This document shows, in pieces, positions 12,457-21,500 of a stretch of 64,000 nucleotides of DNA. The position numbers and the translations under genes are program-made. Position 1 is the stretch's first letter. Every line of letters begins with the position of its first letter. The notes below the pieces were generated by a model, which made no database searches, was not told the DNA's origin, and was given only the letters and a program-made list of their open reading frames with translations. This DNA is from a virus. The DNA lies in IMG/VR virus record IMGVR_UViG_3300036820_000002, positions 32,001 through 96,000 of that record, one strand, 5' to 3'.

Positions 12457-14628
12457 GTGAGGGATATGGATACGGAGCAGGTCGTTTTCGCCCGGACGCA
12501 CCGGGTATCGCTGGATACCGCCCGTGACGGCCACGATGCCGTCACGGAGGCCCGTCAGCTGGACGCGGTGCTGATGAGCACCGGGTTCAAGCTGTCCGCT
12601 GACCTGCTCCGGGCCCTGAGCGTGCTGGATCCCCCGTATGTCATCGACCGGGCCGTGGAGATCATCGGCTGGGCCCGGGAGCTGTCCGGGGATCACGTCC
12701 GGCACAACGCCTATTTCATCGACTTCCCGGCGAACGTGCCGGATACGCTGGAGTTCTGGGCGGATTGCCTGCGTGAGGCGGTCCTCGCCGGCGGCCAGGT
12801 CCGCCACTTCGCGGTGCTGAACACCGACGGCCTGCAGTTCTTCACCGACCTGCTGTCGCTGCCCGGCTACGGCCGCTATCGTCATGCCTATGAAGAGATG
12901 CTGGCCCGTCACGATGAGTTGATCCCGCTGATGACCGACCGGATGACCATCATCCACCTCGGCGTATCAGCGGCGCAGGAGGCGGCTGCGCTCTACGCGG
13001 AGCTGGCCGGGTCGGCCGTGCCGCTGTCCGGGGAGGGGCTGGCCGGGCTGCGGGTGCTGGCGCAGGCGTGCCTGGGTGAGATGCCGGAGATCCCGGTCCG
13101 GGAGAACCGGGCCGTCGTGAACGCCGTCCGGGTCAGGGCCGGGATCATGCCGTCGGTGACCACGGTCACCGACATCCTGCGGCTGGCCGCTGAGCTGTCC
13201 GGATCCGGCGTGACCCTGGCGGAGCCGCCCCGGTTCCGGTCGCTGCCCCGCCCGCAGCGTCACCTGCTGATGCAGTCCCTGGACGCCCTCACGCCGGTTA
13301 ACGACGTGGTGCGGCACCGGGAGCAGTGGAAGAGGCTCGGCGAGCGGCTGCATCCCCATGAGTACCCGCAGTACCCGGTGGCCCAGCTGGCGTTCGCGGC
13401 AGCGCGCGGCGAACAGGAGGTCACCACCCTCGCCGGGAAGGCGGAGCAGGCATTCCGGCGCGGTGACACCGTCAGCGCGGCGAAGTGGCTGTCTGTTGCT
13501 CCCGGGATGCTGTGGCGGTCGGCGGACCGGCTGCTGCGCACCGCTGATCCCGGTGACCTGACTGCCCTGATGAAGGGGTTCAGCGGAGCTGCCCCGGACG
13601 TGTCCGCCCGGGTGCTGCTGTCGGCGGGGGAGCACCTGGTGAACCGGGTCCGCAAGAGCGAGGTCAGCCGCATTTTCACCGGCAGGGGTGCCCGCGCCTG
13701 GGTGATGCCGGACACCCGCCCGCTGCTGGACCTGTCCGTGGTCGCTGACCTGTCGGCACTGATCGATGAGGAGATCGGCCGCCGGCTCCCGGCAGTGCCG
13801 GTGCTGGTCATCGACCCGGCGATCCTGGACGCGGCCGTGCCGCTGTCCGGGAAGGGGATCCCGGACGGGCTGGGCGTGTGGCCGCGCGGGTCGGTGATCC
13901 CGCTGCCGCCGGGAGATACGCTGCGCTTCTTCTGTTACTGGAAGCAGACGCGGCGGCAGACTGACTTCGACCTGTCCGCGGTGTTCACCGATGAGCAGTT
14001 CGCCAACGGCGAGCATGTCAGCTGGACCCGTCTCCACGGGAAGAATGCCGTCCACAGCGGTGACATCGTCAATGCCCGCGACGGTGCGACCGAGTTTATC
14101 GACATCGCCCTGGCCGGGTTCGGGCGTGGCTACATCATCCCGCAGGTCTACGTCTACGCCGGGGAGGGGTTCGATGAGGTGGAGGAGAACGTCTTCGGCT
14201 TCATGACCCGCCAGTCCGGCCAGGAAGGTGCCCCTTTCGAGGCGCGGACGGTGCGGATGAGGTCGGCGCTCCACGGAAGCGGGCGGGTGGCGATGCCGCT
14301 GGTCTTCTTCCGGGGCGAGGATGGCCGTTTCTATGCGAAGTGGCTGCACCTGAACCTGAAGGGGCAGCAGGGCTTCTCCGGCGGCGCCCAGGTCGAGGAT
14401 AACCGGCTGACCACGCGGCTGCTGGCCCGGTCGGTAATGGAACGGGATTATCTCCGGGTCGGCTACCTGGCCGGGCTGATGGCAGCGAAGGCGGGGATGG
14501 TGCTGCAGGCAGGCGGTGACCTGCCGGGCCAGCCGGTGACCTACCTTGGTGTCGCGGAGCCGGAAGGGCTGCCGGAGGGGTCGGCGGTCATCACCCTGCC
14601 GGGCCTGGCCCGGCTGATCCCGGTGTAG
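12457..14628 (+). CDS. Large helical protein with C-terminal TerD-like domain (Ro/TROVE-like 'Rot' architecture)
   Basis: C-terminal DFDLSA...HSGDIVNA.DGATEFIDI TerD signature; TVTDILRLA, WKRLGERLHPHEY and PG...R.ADRLLR motifs; followed by Y-like RNAs; ATG 12466 is an alternative start. Confidence 0.75.
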   Translation: MRDMDTEQVVFARTHRVSLDTARDGHDAVTEARQLDAVLMSTGFKLSADLLRALSVLDPPYVIDRAVEIIGWARELSGDHVRHNAYFIDFPANVPDTLEFWADCLREAVLAGGQVRHFAVLNTDGLQFFTDLLSLPGYGRYRHAYEEMLARHDELIPLMTDRMTIIHLGVSAAQEAAALYAELAGSAVPLSGEGLAGLRVLAQACLGEMPEIPVRENRAVVNAVRVRAGIMPSVTTVTDILRLAAELSGSGVTLAEPPRFRSLPRPQRHLLMQSLDALTPVNDVVRHREQWKRLGERLHPHEYPQYPVAQLAFAAARGEQEVTTLAGKAEQAFRRGDTVSAAKWLSVAPGMLWRSADRLLRTADPGDLTALMKGFSGAAPDVSARVLLSAGEHLVNRVRKSEVSRIFTGRGARAWVMPDTRPLLDLSVVADLSALIDEEIGRRLPAVPVLVIDPAILDAAVPLSGKGIPDGLGVWPRGSVIPLPPGDTLRFFCYWKQTRRQTDFDLSAVFTDEQFANGEHVSWTRLHGKNAVHSGDIVNARDGATEFIDIALAGFGRGYIIPQVYVYAGEGFDEVEENVFGFMTRQSGQEGAPFEARTVRMRSALHGSGRVAMPLVFFRGEDGRFYAKWLHLNLKGQQGFSGGAQVEDNRLTTRLLARSVMERDYLRVGYLAGLMAAKAGMVLQAGGDLPGQPVTYLGVAEPEGLPEGSAVITLPGLARLIPV

Positions 14629-14630
14629 GA

Positions 14631-14709
14631 TGAGTGCGTGAGGCCATGGGCGGGCTTCCTTCTATTCTCTTATACGGAAACTAGCGCGCCCGCTTTCCTC
14701 ACGCACTCA
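14631..14709 (+). ncRNA. Y-RNA-like RNA 1
   Basis: 13-bp terminal stem TGAGTGCGTGAGG/CCTCACGCACTCA, CCAT/GCTTT internal loop, inner stem, TCCTTCT. Confidence 0.75.
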
Positions 14710-14711
14710 CC

Positions 14712-14848
14712 TCCCGGCGGTCATAGGCGGGGTTCCTTCTGTCCCTCATAATCTGGGTGCCGCAGGTTCGACCCCTGCCTCCCCTCCGGGGAGTAGCTCA
14801 GCGGCAGAGCACCAGACGGCTCCTACCCCGCCTGCTTCCCGCACGGGA
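14712..14848 (+). ncRNA. Y-RNA-like RNA 2 carrying a circularly permuted tRNA domain (YrlA-like)
   Basis: Same closing module; T arm GCAGGTTCGACCCCTGC precedes a closed acceptor hairpin and D arm TAGCTCAGCGGCAGAGC. Confidence 0.85.
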
Positions 14849-14856
14849 TACACCGA

Positions 14857-14950
14857 AGGCCCTGCGGTCATCGGAGAGCTTCCTTCTAGCTGCGTCCTGC
14901 GCAGCGGTTTCAGGAACCGCTTCCTAGCTCCCCGGCTCACCGCAGGGTCT
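14857..14950 (+). ncRNA. Y-RNA-like RNA 3 (stem followed by a T-run, may double as terminator)
   Basis: AGGCCCTGCGGT/ACCGCAGGGTCT stem, CAT/GCTC loop, inner stem, TCCTTCT, two small hairpins. Confidence 0.75.
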
Positions 14951-14955
14951 TTTCC

Positions 14956-15081
14956 TCAGTGCGGGCGTACCTCCGCGAGGATCACCAGGATGAGGAAGAG
15001 GACCCCCATCGCGAGCACGATGATGACCAGGTCATTCATGAACGCCCGCATCAGGGGGCGCAGCTTCCGGAACCTGTCCAC
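14956..15081 (-). CDS. 41-aa single-TM membrane peptide
   Basis: SD AAGGAG; MDRFRKLRPLMRAFMNDLVIIVLAMGVLFLILVILAEVRPH*. Confidence 0.55.
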   Translation of the reverse strand: MDRFRKLRPLMRAFMNDLVIIVLAMGVLFLILVILAEVRPH

Positions 15082-15206
15082 CTGTTCTCCTTAAACGACG
15101 GCCTGCTGCCGTCCTGATCATATAGAGTCCTGATCCACGGGGCAGCCTGGCACCCGCGACGACAGGCTCCCGGTCACTGCCGTCAGTCTTCCAGGGAGGT
15201 CAGCTC

Positions 15207-15518
15207 GTGACAGCTGCTGTCAAGATAGGCATCAAGCCGCTCGATGACCGGATCGTGGTCCGGCCGCTCGATGCCGAGGAGGTTACCGCCGGCGGGCTGG
15301 TGATCCCGGCCACCGTGCGGGAGAAGCCCCAGGAGGGTGAGGTCCTCGCGGCCGGGCCCGGCCGCTTCAACAGCGCGGGCACCGCTCGCATCCCGACCGG
15401 GATCAAGCCCGGGGACATCGTGCTCTACGGCCGGTACGGCGGTACCGAGGTCAAGCATGACGGCGAGCAGTACCTGATGCTGACCGCCGCCGACGTGATG
15501 GCTCTCATCGAGAAGTGA
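15207..15518 (+). CDS. groES: Co-chaperonin GroES
   Basis: IKPLDDRIVV...TAGGLVIP...EKPQEGEVLAAGPG...YGGTEVK; SD GGAGG. Confidence 0.95.
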   Translation: MTAAVKIGIKPLDDRIVVRPLDAEEVTAGGLVIPATVREKPQEGEVLAAGPGRFNSAGTARIPTGIKPGDIVLYGRYGGTEVKHDGEQYLMLTAADVMALIEK

Positions 15519-15524
15519 GAACAG

Positions 15525-15566
15525 GAAAAATACCCCCCCGTACCTGAGTGCGGGGGGGTATTTTTC
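15525..15566. terminator. Bidirectional intrinsic terminator
   Basis: GAAAAATACCCCCCCG...CGGGGGGGTATTTTTC between convergent genes. Confidence 0.9.
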
Positions 15567-15597
15567 TTACAGCACCTGTCTCTTGCCTTTAAGGCTA

Positions 15598-16233
15598 TCA
15601 CGGGCGGGCGGTCCACGTCTTCCCGTCGGGGGAGGTCACCGGCACGCTGGAGAGCCCGGCGGTCACCACGACGCCCGCCTGCACCTGGTGCGGCAGGAAC
15701 CAGCCGGGGATGGTCACCGACAGGTCGACAGTCAGCTCTGACAGCGTCTGTACGGTCCCGGGAGCCACCGTAGCAGGATTGGAGGAGGGGGAAGCCCACT
15801 GGATGGCTACCACGTCCCCGCCGAGCGCAGCGGCTGCCCCAGCTTCATCCAGGGACCAGTCCGCGATCCAGTACTGCACGTGCCCGGCCAGCCCGGCCGC
15901 CTTCACTGCCGCCTTCACGGCGGCCAGGCTCCCCTGGCTGACGTAGATCCAGGACAGCCACCCCCTGCCCTTGCGGGCCAGCGCTCCTGTGACTGCCTGC
16001 GCGATGGTGCCCGCCCCCGTCTCTACGTCCGCGACGTCGGCCTCCCCGGCGGCGAAAGCGGCCAGCTCCGGGGACTGGTCGATGCGGACCTTCCCCTCGC
16101 TGAACCGGGCCCAGTCCGCCGTGGTCCAGCGGATCCCGCTGCTGCCGGTGACGTAGCCGGCTACCAGCGGGGCGTTCGCCGGGATGCTCATCACGTCAGC
16201 GTGGGTGGCGTCGGTCATCACCTGATAGGTCAT
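15598..16233 (-). CDS. Probable endolysin (GH25/DUF1906-like glycoside hydrolase barrel)
   Basis: M.DAT..., AGYV.G, DVETG, WIADW, AIQW, VDLS motifs; last gene of the late operon, next to membrane proteins. Confidence 0.55.
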   Translation of the reverse strand: MTYQVMTDATHADVMSIPANAPLVAGYVTGSSGIRWTTADWARFSEGKVRIDQSPELAAFAAGEADVADVETGAGTIAQAVTGALARKGRGWLSWIYVSQGSLAAVKAAVKAAGLAGHVQYWIADWSLDEAGAAAALGGDVVAIQWASPSSNPATVAPGTVQTLSELTVDLSVTIPGWFLPHQVQAGVVVTAGLSSVPVTSPDGKTWTARP

Positions 16234-16691
16234 GAATTCTCCTCCGGGGCGGATATCTTCTGGTGGATCTGCTGCGCCAGCCCGTGAATCTGCTCGGTGA
16301 GGTCGGTGTTCCGGTCCAGCAGCTGCTTGTTCTGGTCTTCTACCGTCGCGATATGGGTGAGTGCCTCATGCATGGCCGCCGACTGCAGGTCAGAGGAGCG
16401 CTGCAGCTTGTTCCCGACGTAGACCATCAGCGGCAAGGCGAACAGCTGGAGCCAGCCGCTGGAGTAGAAGAAGATCTTCCCCTCGGCGGCCGGCCCGAGA
16501 TAAGGGGCGATCAGGGGCACCGTGAAGAAAAGCCAGATTGTCCAGCAGACGCCGAAGACGATGGCCAGATGGGTAGCCAGCCAGTCATTGGCGGCGGCGA
16601 TTTTGCCCCGGGCTCCCCGCTCATGGCGGGCGGCATCCTCGCGGAGCCGCATATGCACGGCGTGCGGCACTGCCGGGTGCTGGCTGTCCAT
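16230..16691 (-). CDS. Two-TM membrane protein with coiled-coil tail (DUF1003-like)
   Basis: Hydrophobic segments and SSGWLQLFALPLM..G; start at ATG 16691. Confidence 0.6.
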   Translation of the reverse strand: MDSQHPAVPHAVHMRLREDAARHERGARGKIAAANDWLATHLAIVFGVCWTIWLFFTVPLIAPYLGPAAEGKIFFYSSGWLQLFALPLMVYVGNKLQRSSDLQSAAMHEALTHIATVEDQNKQLLDRNTDLTEQIHGLAQQIHQKISAPEENS

Positions 16692-16822
16692 GGGCCTGTC
16701 TTTCGTTATGCAGGTGCAGCAGTTGCGCCAGCTGCCTGCCAGGGCGGTGATAGCTGCCGCGCTGCTGCCGCAGCGGCGCGCTTCCTCATCGAGGTAGCCC
16801 GCGACCTGGCACCAGCGGCAGC

Positions 16823-16975
16823 TCACCAGGCGGGGCGGTCCCAGATGCTGCTCAGGCACCACAGGAACAGGCCCAGGACGGCCAGCACCCTCCAGGTGAG
16901 GGCGCCGTGGGACAGCGTCCAGGCCACCATGACCAGGGACAGGAAGAATGCGAGCATGGCCAGGATGCGGATCAT
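16823..16975 (-). CDS. 50-aa two-TM protein, holin candidate
   Basis: MIRILAMLAFFLSLVMVAWTLSHGALTWRVLAVLGLFLWCLSSIWDRPAW*; ATGA overlap with the upstream gene. Confidence 0.55.
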   Translation of the reverse strand: MIRILAMLAFFLSLVMVAWTLSHGALTWRVLAVLGLFLWCLSSIWDRPAW

Positions 16976-17424
16976 GATTTCCCTGCCTTGGCGATGAGGT
17001 CCCGGACGTAGGATTCGCTGGAGAAGTCGCTGTAGCTGGCGCAGTGGACGCCCATCGGGCCCCGGTGGTGGTTCACGCAGAGCAGGGTGAGGTTGGCGTC
17101 GCCGTCGATCCAGGCGCCGATGTCATCCGCGCTGATCCCCGGGTAGTCCTTCTCCAGCAGCGCTATGTCGATCTCGTTGAGCATGGCCAGCTCCACCACC
17201 CGGTGGTGGGCTTCCAGCGGGCTGCCCAGGTCGCATTCACCGGCTTTGCCGTCGCGGTGCTCCTTCGCGAAGTCGCACCACCAGGTCTCGGCGTTCCTGC
17301 GCCGCCGCTTCCATTCCTCGAAATCACGGCGGTGCGGGTCGGCGGCCCTGGGCGGGTGCTCCGGGTAGTGCACCAGGTAGCGGCGGCTGGTGACCTGCCA
17401 GTGCGCGGGGGTCACTTCGTGCAC
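16972..17424 (-). CDS. HNH-like protein
   Basis: C..C..LEAHH...NLTLLCVNHHRG...H. Confidence 0.6.
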   Translation of the reverse strand: MHEVTPAHWQVTSRRYLVHYPEHPPRAADPHRRDFEEWKRRRRNAETWWCDFAKEHRDGKAGECDLGSPLEAHHRVVELAMLNEIDIALLEKDYPGISADDIGAWIDGDANLTLLCVNHHRGPMGVHCASYSDFSSESYVRDLIAKAGKS

Positions 17425-17669
17425 CTGAACTGGTGCTGTACGGTGACGAAGTCCTCATACAGCTCGTAGGTCTGCACCCGGCTCGGGTTGGCCGCCGGGT
17501 CAGCCGGCTTGGGTACCGGATGGCTGATCAGCAGGTTGATCACGTTGCACCACTGCTGATCAGCCCGGTTGATCTGCCAGGCGGTCAGCAGGTAAGCGCC
17601 GGCGATGGCCGCCACCACGATCACCACCAGTGCGGAGATCAGCAGCGCGATCCGGGTAGCGTGGGTCAT
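17412..17669 (-). CDS. Single-TM membrane protein
   Basis: N-terminal TM helix, WC motif; in the lysis cluster. Confidence 0.65.
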   Translation of the reverse strand: MTHATRIALLISALVVIVVAAIAGAYLLTAWQINRADQQWCNVINLLISHPVPKPADPAANPSRVQTYELYEDFVTVQHQFRCTK

Positions 17670-17884
17670 GGCCGCTTGATCCTGTCTTCGAGGATCGCTA
17701 TCCGGGTTTCATGGCTCTGGTACATGTTCTTGAGCTCTCCCACTCCCGTGGTCAGTCTCCTCACCGCCTCGGTGTTCTCCTCAGTAGCGGTGACCTGCCG
17801 GAAGATGCCGCGCCCGATGATTACGACGGTGGACAGCAGCACGATGAAGCCGCCGAGGCCGCCGGTCGCGATCAGCCAGGTCAC
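17666..17884 (-). CDS. TM plus coiled-coil protein (holin-like)
   Basis: One TM helix then HETRIAILE coiled coil. Confidence 0.65.
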   Translation of the reverse strand: MTWLIATGGLGGFIVLLSTVVIIGRGIFRQVTATEENTEAVRRLTTGVGELKNMYQSHETRIAILEDRIKRP

Positions 17885-18537
17885 GCCGTTCTCCAGGCGC
17901 GCGGCCAGCTCTGGTCAGCCGGCACCTGGCGCAGCCGCTTCCCGTTGTAGGAAGGCTGCTCCGGTTCCCCCGCCATCACCATCGCGGTCCCGGCGCTGGT
18001 GATGGCGGGAAAACGATGGCGCTGCTCGCGAAGCCAGGTGAACCCCGATCCGGGGACCTGGCCGTAGGCGCAAGCGGCCGTCCCGCGCCAGGGCAGCGGG
18101 TGGACCAGGCCGGGCCGGTAGGCGCAGAGCCGCATCTCCAGCGCCACCGGGACGGCGACCCCGGTCTGGGCCAGGTAGCGGACCACCTCGAACCGGGGGA
18201 TCTCCGCCACTGACCCGTGGAGGATGATGTCCCCCTCCGACCCGTCCAGGCCGTGGGCCAGGAATTCGCGGAGGCCGTCTTTGCGCTCTTTCCCCGGCGG
18301 CTGCGGCAGCTCTCCCGGCAGTACGTCCACGTGGGTCCAGCGGCCGTGGTAAGGGCTGAACCGGGTCCGGCAGTTCTCCTTGAAATGCAGCGGCTTAGGA
18401 TCTCCCTGCCAGGTCACGGATGTCTCCGCTATCACGTGAGTGACGTCCGGGATGTCCTCCAGTTCCTGCATCCGGGCGGCCAGCAGATCCAGGTCCTTGT
18501 CCTCCCCGATGAGGACGCAGTCGAAAACGCGTGGCAT
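17881..18537 (-). CDS. GT17-like glycosyltransferase (possibly degenerate)
   Basis: VFDC...DLL..RM.EL....HVIAE...T.QG.PKPLHF N-terminus; expected DxDEIP reads SVAEIP. Confidence 0.55.
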   Translation of the reverse strand: MPRVFDCVLIGEDKDLDLLAARMQELEDIPDVTHVIAETSVTWQGDPKPLHFKENCRTRFSPYHGRWTHVDVLPGELPQPPGKERKDGLREFLAHGLDGSEGDIILHGSVAEIPRFEVVRYLAQTGVAVPVALEMRLCAYRPGLVHPLPWRGTAACAYGQVPGSGFTWLREQRHRFPAITSAGTAMVMAGEPEQPSYNGKRLRQVPADQSWPRAWRTA

Positions 18538-18567
18538 GCCGTTCCCCTCCGGTTGGTAACTGACTGG

Positions 18568-21500
18568 TCATTCCCAGTAATTATTCGGTTCGTGGTCCAA
18601 AGTGAGCACCACGCTGCCGGTGACATCGCTGTCATGGCTGCCGTAGGAGATCCGCCGGGTGATCGCGGTCACCCGGTAGGTGTAGACGGTGCCGCCGCCG
18701 CCGATCTGCCAGTCCTGCATCGTCACCACGTCCCCCACGTTGATCCCGGCGACCAGCTGCCAGGCCTGCGGGTAAGGGGCGGCGTCGATCCTGATCCCGG
18801 CCGCCCGCCGCTGCGGGGTGCCGTAGACGCTGAACAGCCAGTTCGCCTGGCTCTGCATCTCAGTGACGCTTTGCAGGTAGGACGTCACCTGGTAGGGCTG
18901 CGCCCCGTCCTGGTCCTGGCTGGCGTTAACCGCCGTGGCATCCTGCGGGGTGAGCAGCGGCAGCGAGGCGCCGGTCGGGGACAGCGGCTGGACGGTGATC
19001 GCGTTCCATACCCGCTGCGGGTCAGTGATCCACTCGGCGGCGCGGTAATAGGGGACCTGCCCCGCCGAGGTAACCGGGCCCAGCGCCCATACCGGGCTGC
19101 TGTACTGCGACTGCAGGTGCGGGCGCTGCCAGTAGGTGAGGTTGTTGCAGTTGTCGACGAACAGCATGCCGTCATCGGACTGCTGGATCGCCTGGATCCC
19201 GGCGCCTGCCTGCACGCCGCCGCCAGTCGCTCCCGGCGACTGGACCTGCAGCGGGGCCTGGTCGATGCACCGGTTCGGGGAACTGCACAACCCGGCCCGC
19301 ATCAGCCGCTCGATCCGCTGTCCGACAGTATCCCCCACGCTGGAGGGGACCGTCGGCGGGGGGGAGCCGTTTCCGCCGGCTACCTGGCAGACCCCTGTCC
19401 CGGTGGCGCTGCCGCCGTAGCCGCCGGAGAAGGCGGCTCCGCTGCCGCAGGTCACCGCCGCCTCCTCTTCCGCGCCCACCTTGCTGGAGGTATAGGCGTA
19501 GATCAGCGGCGCGACCGCCTGCCAGCCCAGCCACAGGCTCGCGTAGCCGGTGCCGGACTCGTCGTTGCGCTGCACCGTCGTGCCGGTCGCCCAGGCGCTC
19601 GGTCCCGAGGTGATGCCGCCGGGGACCACCGCGACCGCGACCCCGGAAGCGGCTACTCCCGTGGTGGCCGTATAGCCGCCGTTGGTGCTGCCGTCGGGGG
19701 AGAAGGTGGTGATCACCTGGTTGCCCGTCGTCGGGACCTGCGGCGTCCAGGTAACCTGGACCGATGTCGGTGCCGGGAGCTGCCCGAACCCGGTGATCGC
19801 GGCCCAGTAGTGGTCCATGATCCGGTAGTAGGGCAGTACGTACGGGTAGAGGGCCAGGTGCGCGATCGCGGTATTGCCGCAGTGCTGGACCTGGCCCGAG
19901 GCCCCGCCGCCGCCGGAGCCCATGTCGGCGTTCGCGATGAGCCAGGTCCAGGCGGAGGTCATCCCGGACGCGGTGCCGCTGACTTCCGCTGTCGCGCCGC
20001 CGTTGACGTAGACCGTCCAGCTGGTCTGGGTGAGGGTCATGCTCACCATGAACCAGGCGCCGGACCGCAGGTCGCTGCCGTTGTAGATGAGATTCGAGGT
20101 GCCGGTGCCGCCGGAATAGGTGATCAGGTGCAGGGCGCCGTTATCATCAAGCTGCAGCACCGCGACCGGGTTGCTGCCGGTGGCCAGCTCGATCAGGGTC
20201 AGCGGGCACAGCGGCTGCTGCTGGAGCGGGGAGGGCTGGTCGGTTTCCCCTATCCCGGTCGGGCCGGCCTGGAACTGGAACTGGAACCACCCCTCGGCAG
20301 TGATCCCCGAGGACAGCGGCGGGAAGCTGCTGTCGTTGCAGGAGAGGTACCAGCCGTAGGAGCCGGTGCTGCCGGACTGCCCCGACGCCTGCCAGGCCGC
20401 CGACCCGGGGGTTGCGGTCTGCGGGTTGCCGGTGTCGACGGTGCTGATCGCGGACTGAGGATCTCCCGGCATCCACCCGGCCAGCGCGCCGGTCGTGTAG
20501 ACGGGCATCGTCGGCGGGATGAGGGTGTCCGGCGCGTATCCTTCCAGGCTCTCCGGTGTCTGCGCGATCCCTCCGAGACTGGACAGCATCACGTCCAGCG
20601 TGTTCGTGTTGCCGAGGGCGGCGTTCAGCAGCGCCGTGGGCAGCACCCCGGCCGTGCCCGGCTGGTCATCGCACGGCCACCAGGCATAGGGGGCGTCCTC
20701 GTAGACCTCGGACCGGTAGAAGGTCGGCGGGGTCGCCGACAGTGCCGCCCAGATGTCAGCGCCAGTCACCGTGCAGTAACGGCGGAAGGTGTCGTCGATC
20801 TGCTCCGCCCACTGCGTCGCGTTCCGGGCGATGACATACCACCGGTTGCAGGTGCTGCCGCCGAGGGTGCCCAGCGCCATCCGCAGCCGTACGGGAGTGC
20901 CGGGGACGCAGTAGGGATAGTAGGGTGACAGGGAATTCAGCGGTGACAGCGCGCCGTCGAAGTTATCCAGGATCAGGGTGAGGTTCGTCGACTGCAGCTC
21001 GCCCAGCTCGAACTGGATCCCGGTCTGCTCATCCCACTCCCAGAGGCGGTTCGAGATGTCGGTCCAGGTCACCTCGCTGTCCGGGGTGTTGAACCCGGAC
21101 CCGAACCCGGCTTCGGCGACGATATGCGGCCAGGCCTGGTTGCCGGCGGGGACCGGGCTGGGGGCATTGGTGTAGACGCCGACCAGGAAGCCGGACATCG
21201 CCTCGGCGGTCCCGGCGGAACCTGATACTGACTGTGCGCTCAGCGAGGAAGACAACACGGCGGCGGTGAGGATATTGTCCGCGAGGGTGTTGACGCCGTT
21301 GGTCTGGGTCTGGGTAACCAGGGACGTCCACCCGGCCGGCGTGAACGCCTGTCCCGACGACGCGTTATTCCCCCCGGTGGCCCCGAGGAAGAAGGAGGCG
21401 GCAGCGGGAGCGCCCAGCGACAGGGATAGCGACGTCCCCGAGCCGGTGTAGGCGGTGTCTGTACCCGCGACAGTGTCCCACGGGCCCAGTCCGGCCACCT

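Noticed and set aside
14734-14740. TCCTTCT of the Y-like RNAs as an anti-Shine-Dalgarno guide
   Set aside because: It is complementary to AGAAGGA leaders, but 7 nt is too short to support the claim, and Y RNAs commonly have pyrimidine-rich loops.
14631-14950. CRISPR or simple terminators as the explanation of the three repeats
   Set aside because: The repeats are split 5'/3' pairing modules around payloads, no cas genes are present, and only the last has a T-tail.
18217-20928. 903-aa + strand ORF (also 42075-45014, 47842-49671, 52786-54159 and 12967-14349)
   Set aside because: Antisense shadows of real genes caused by high GC3; no recognisable motifs.
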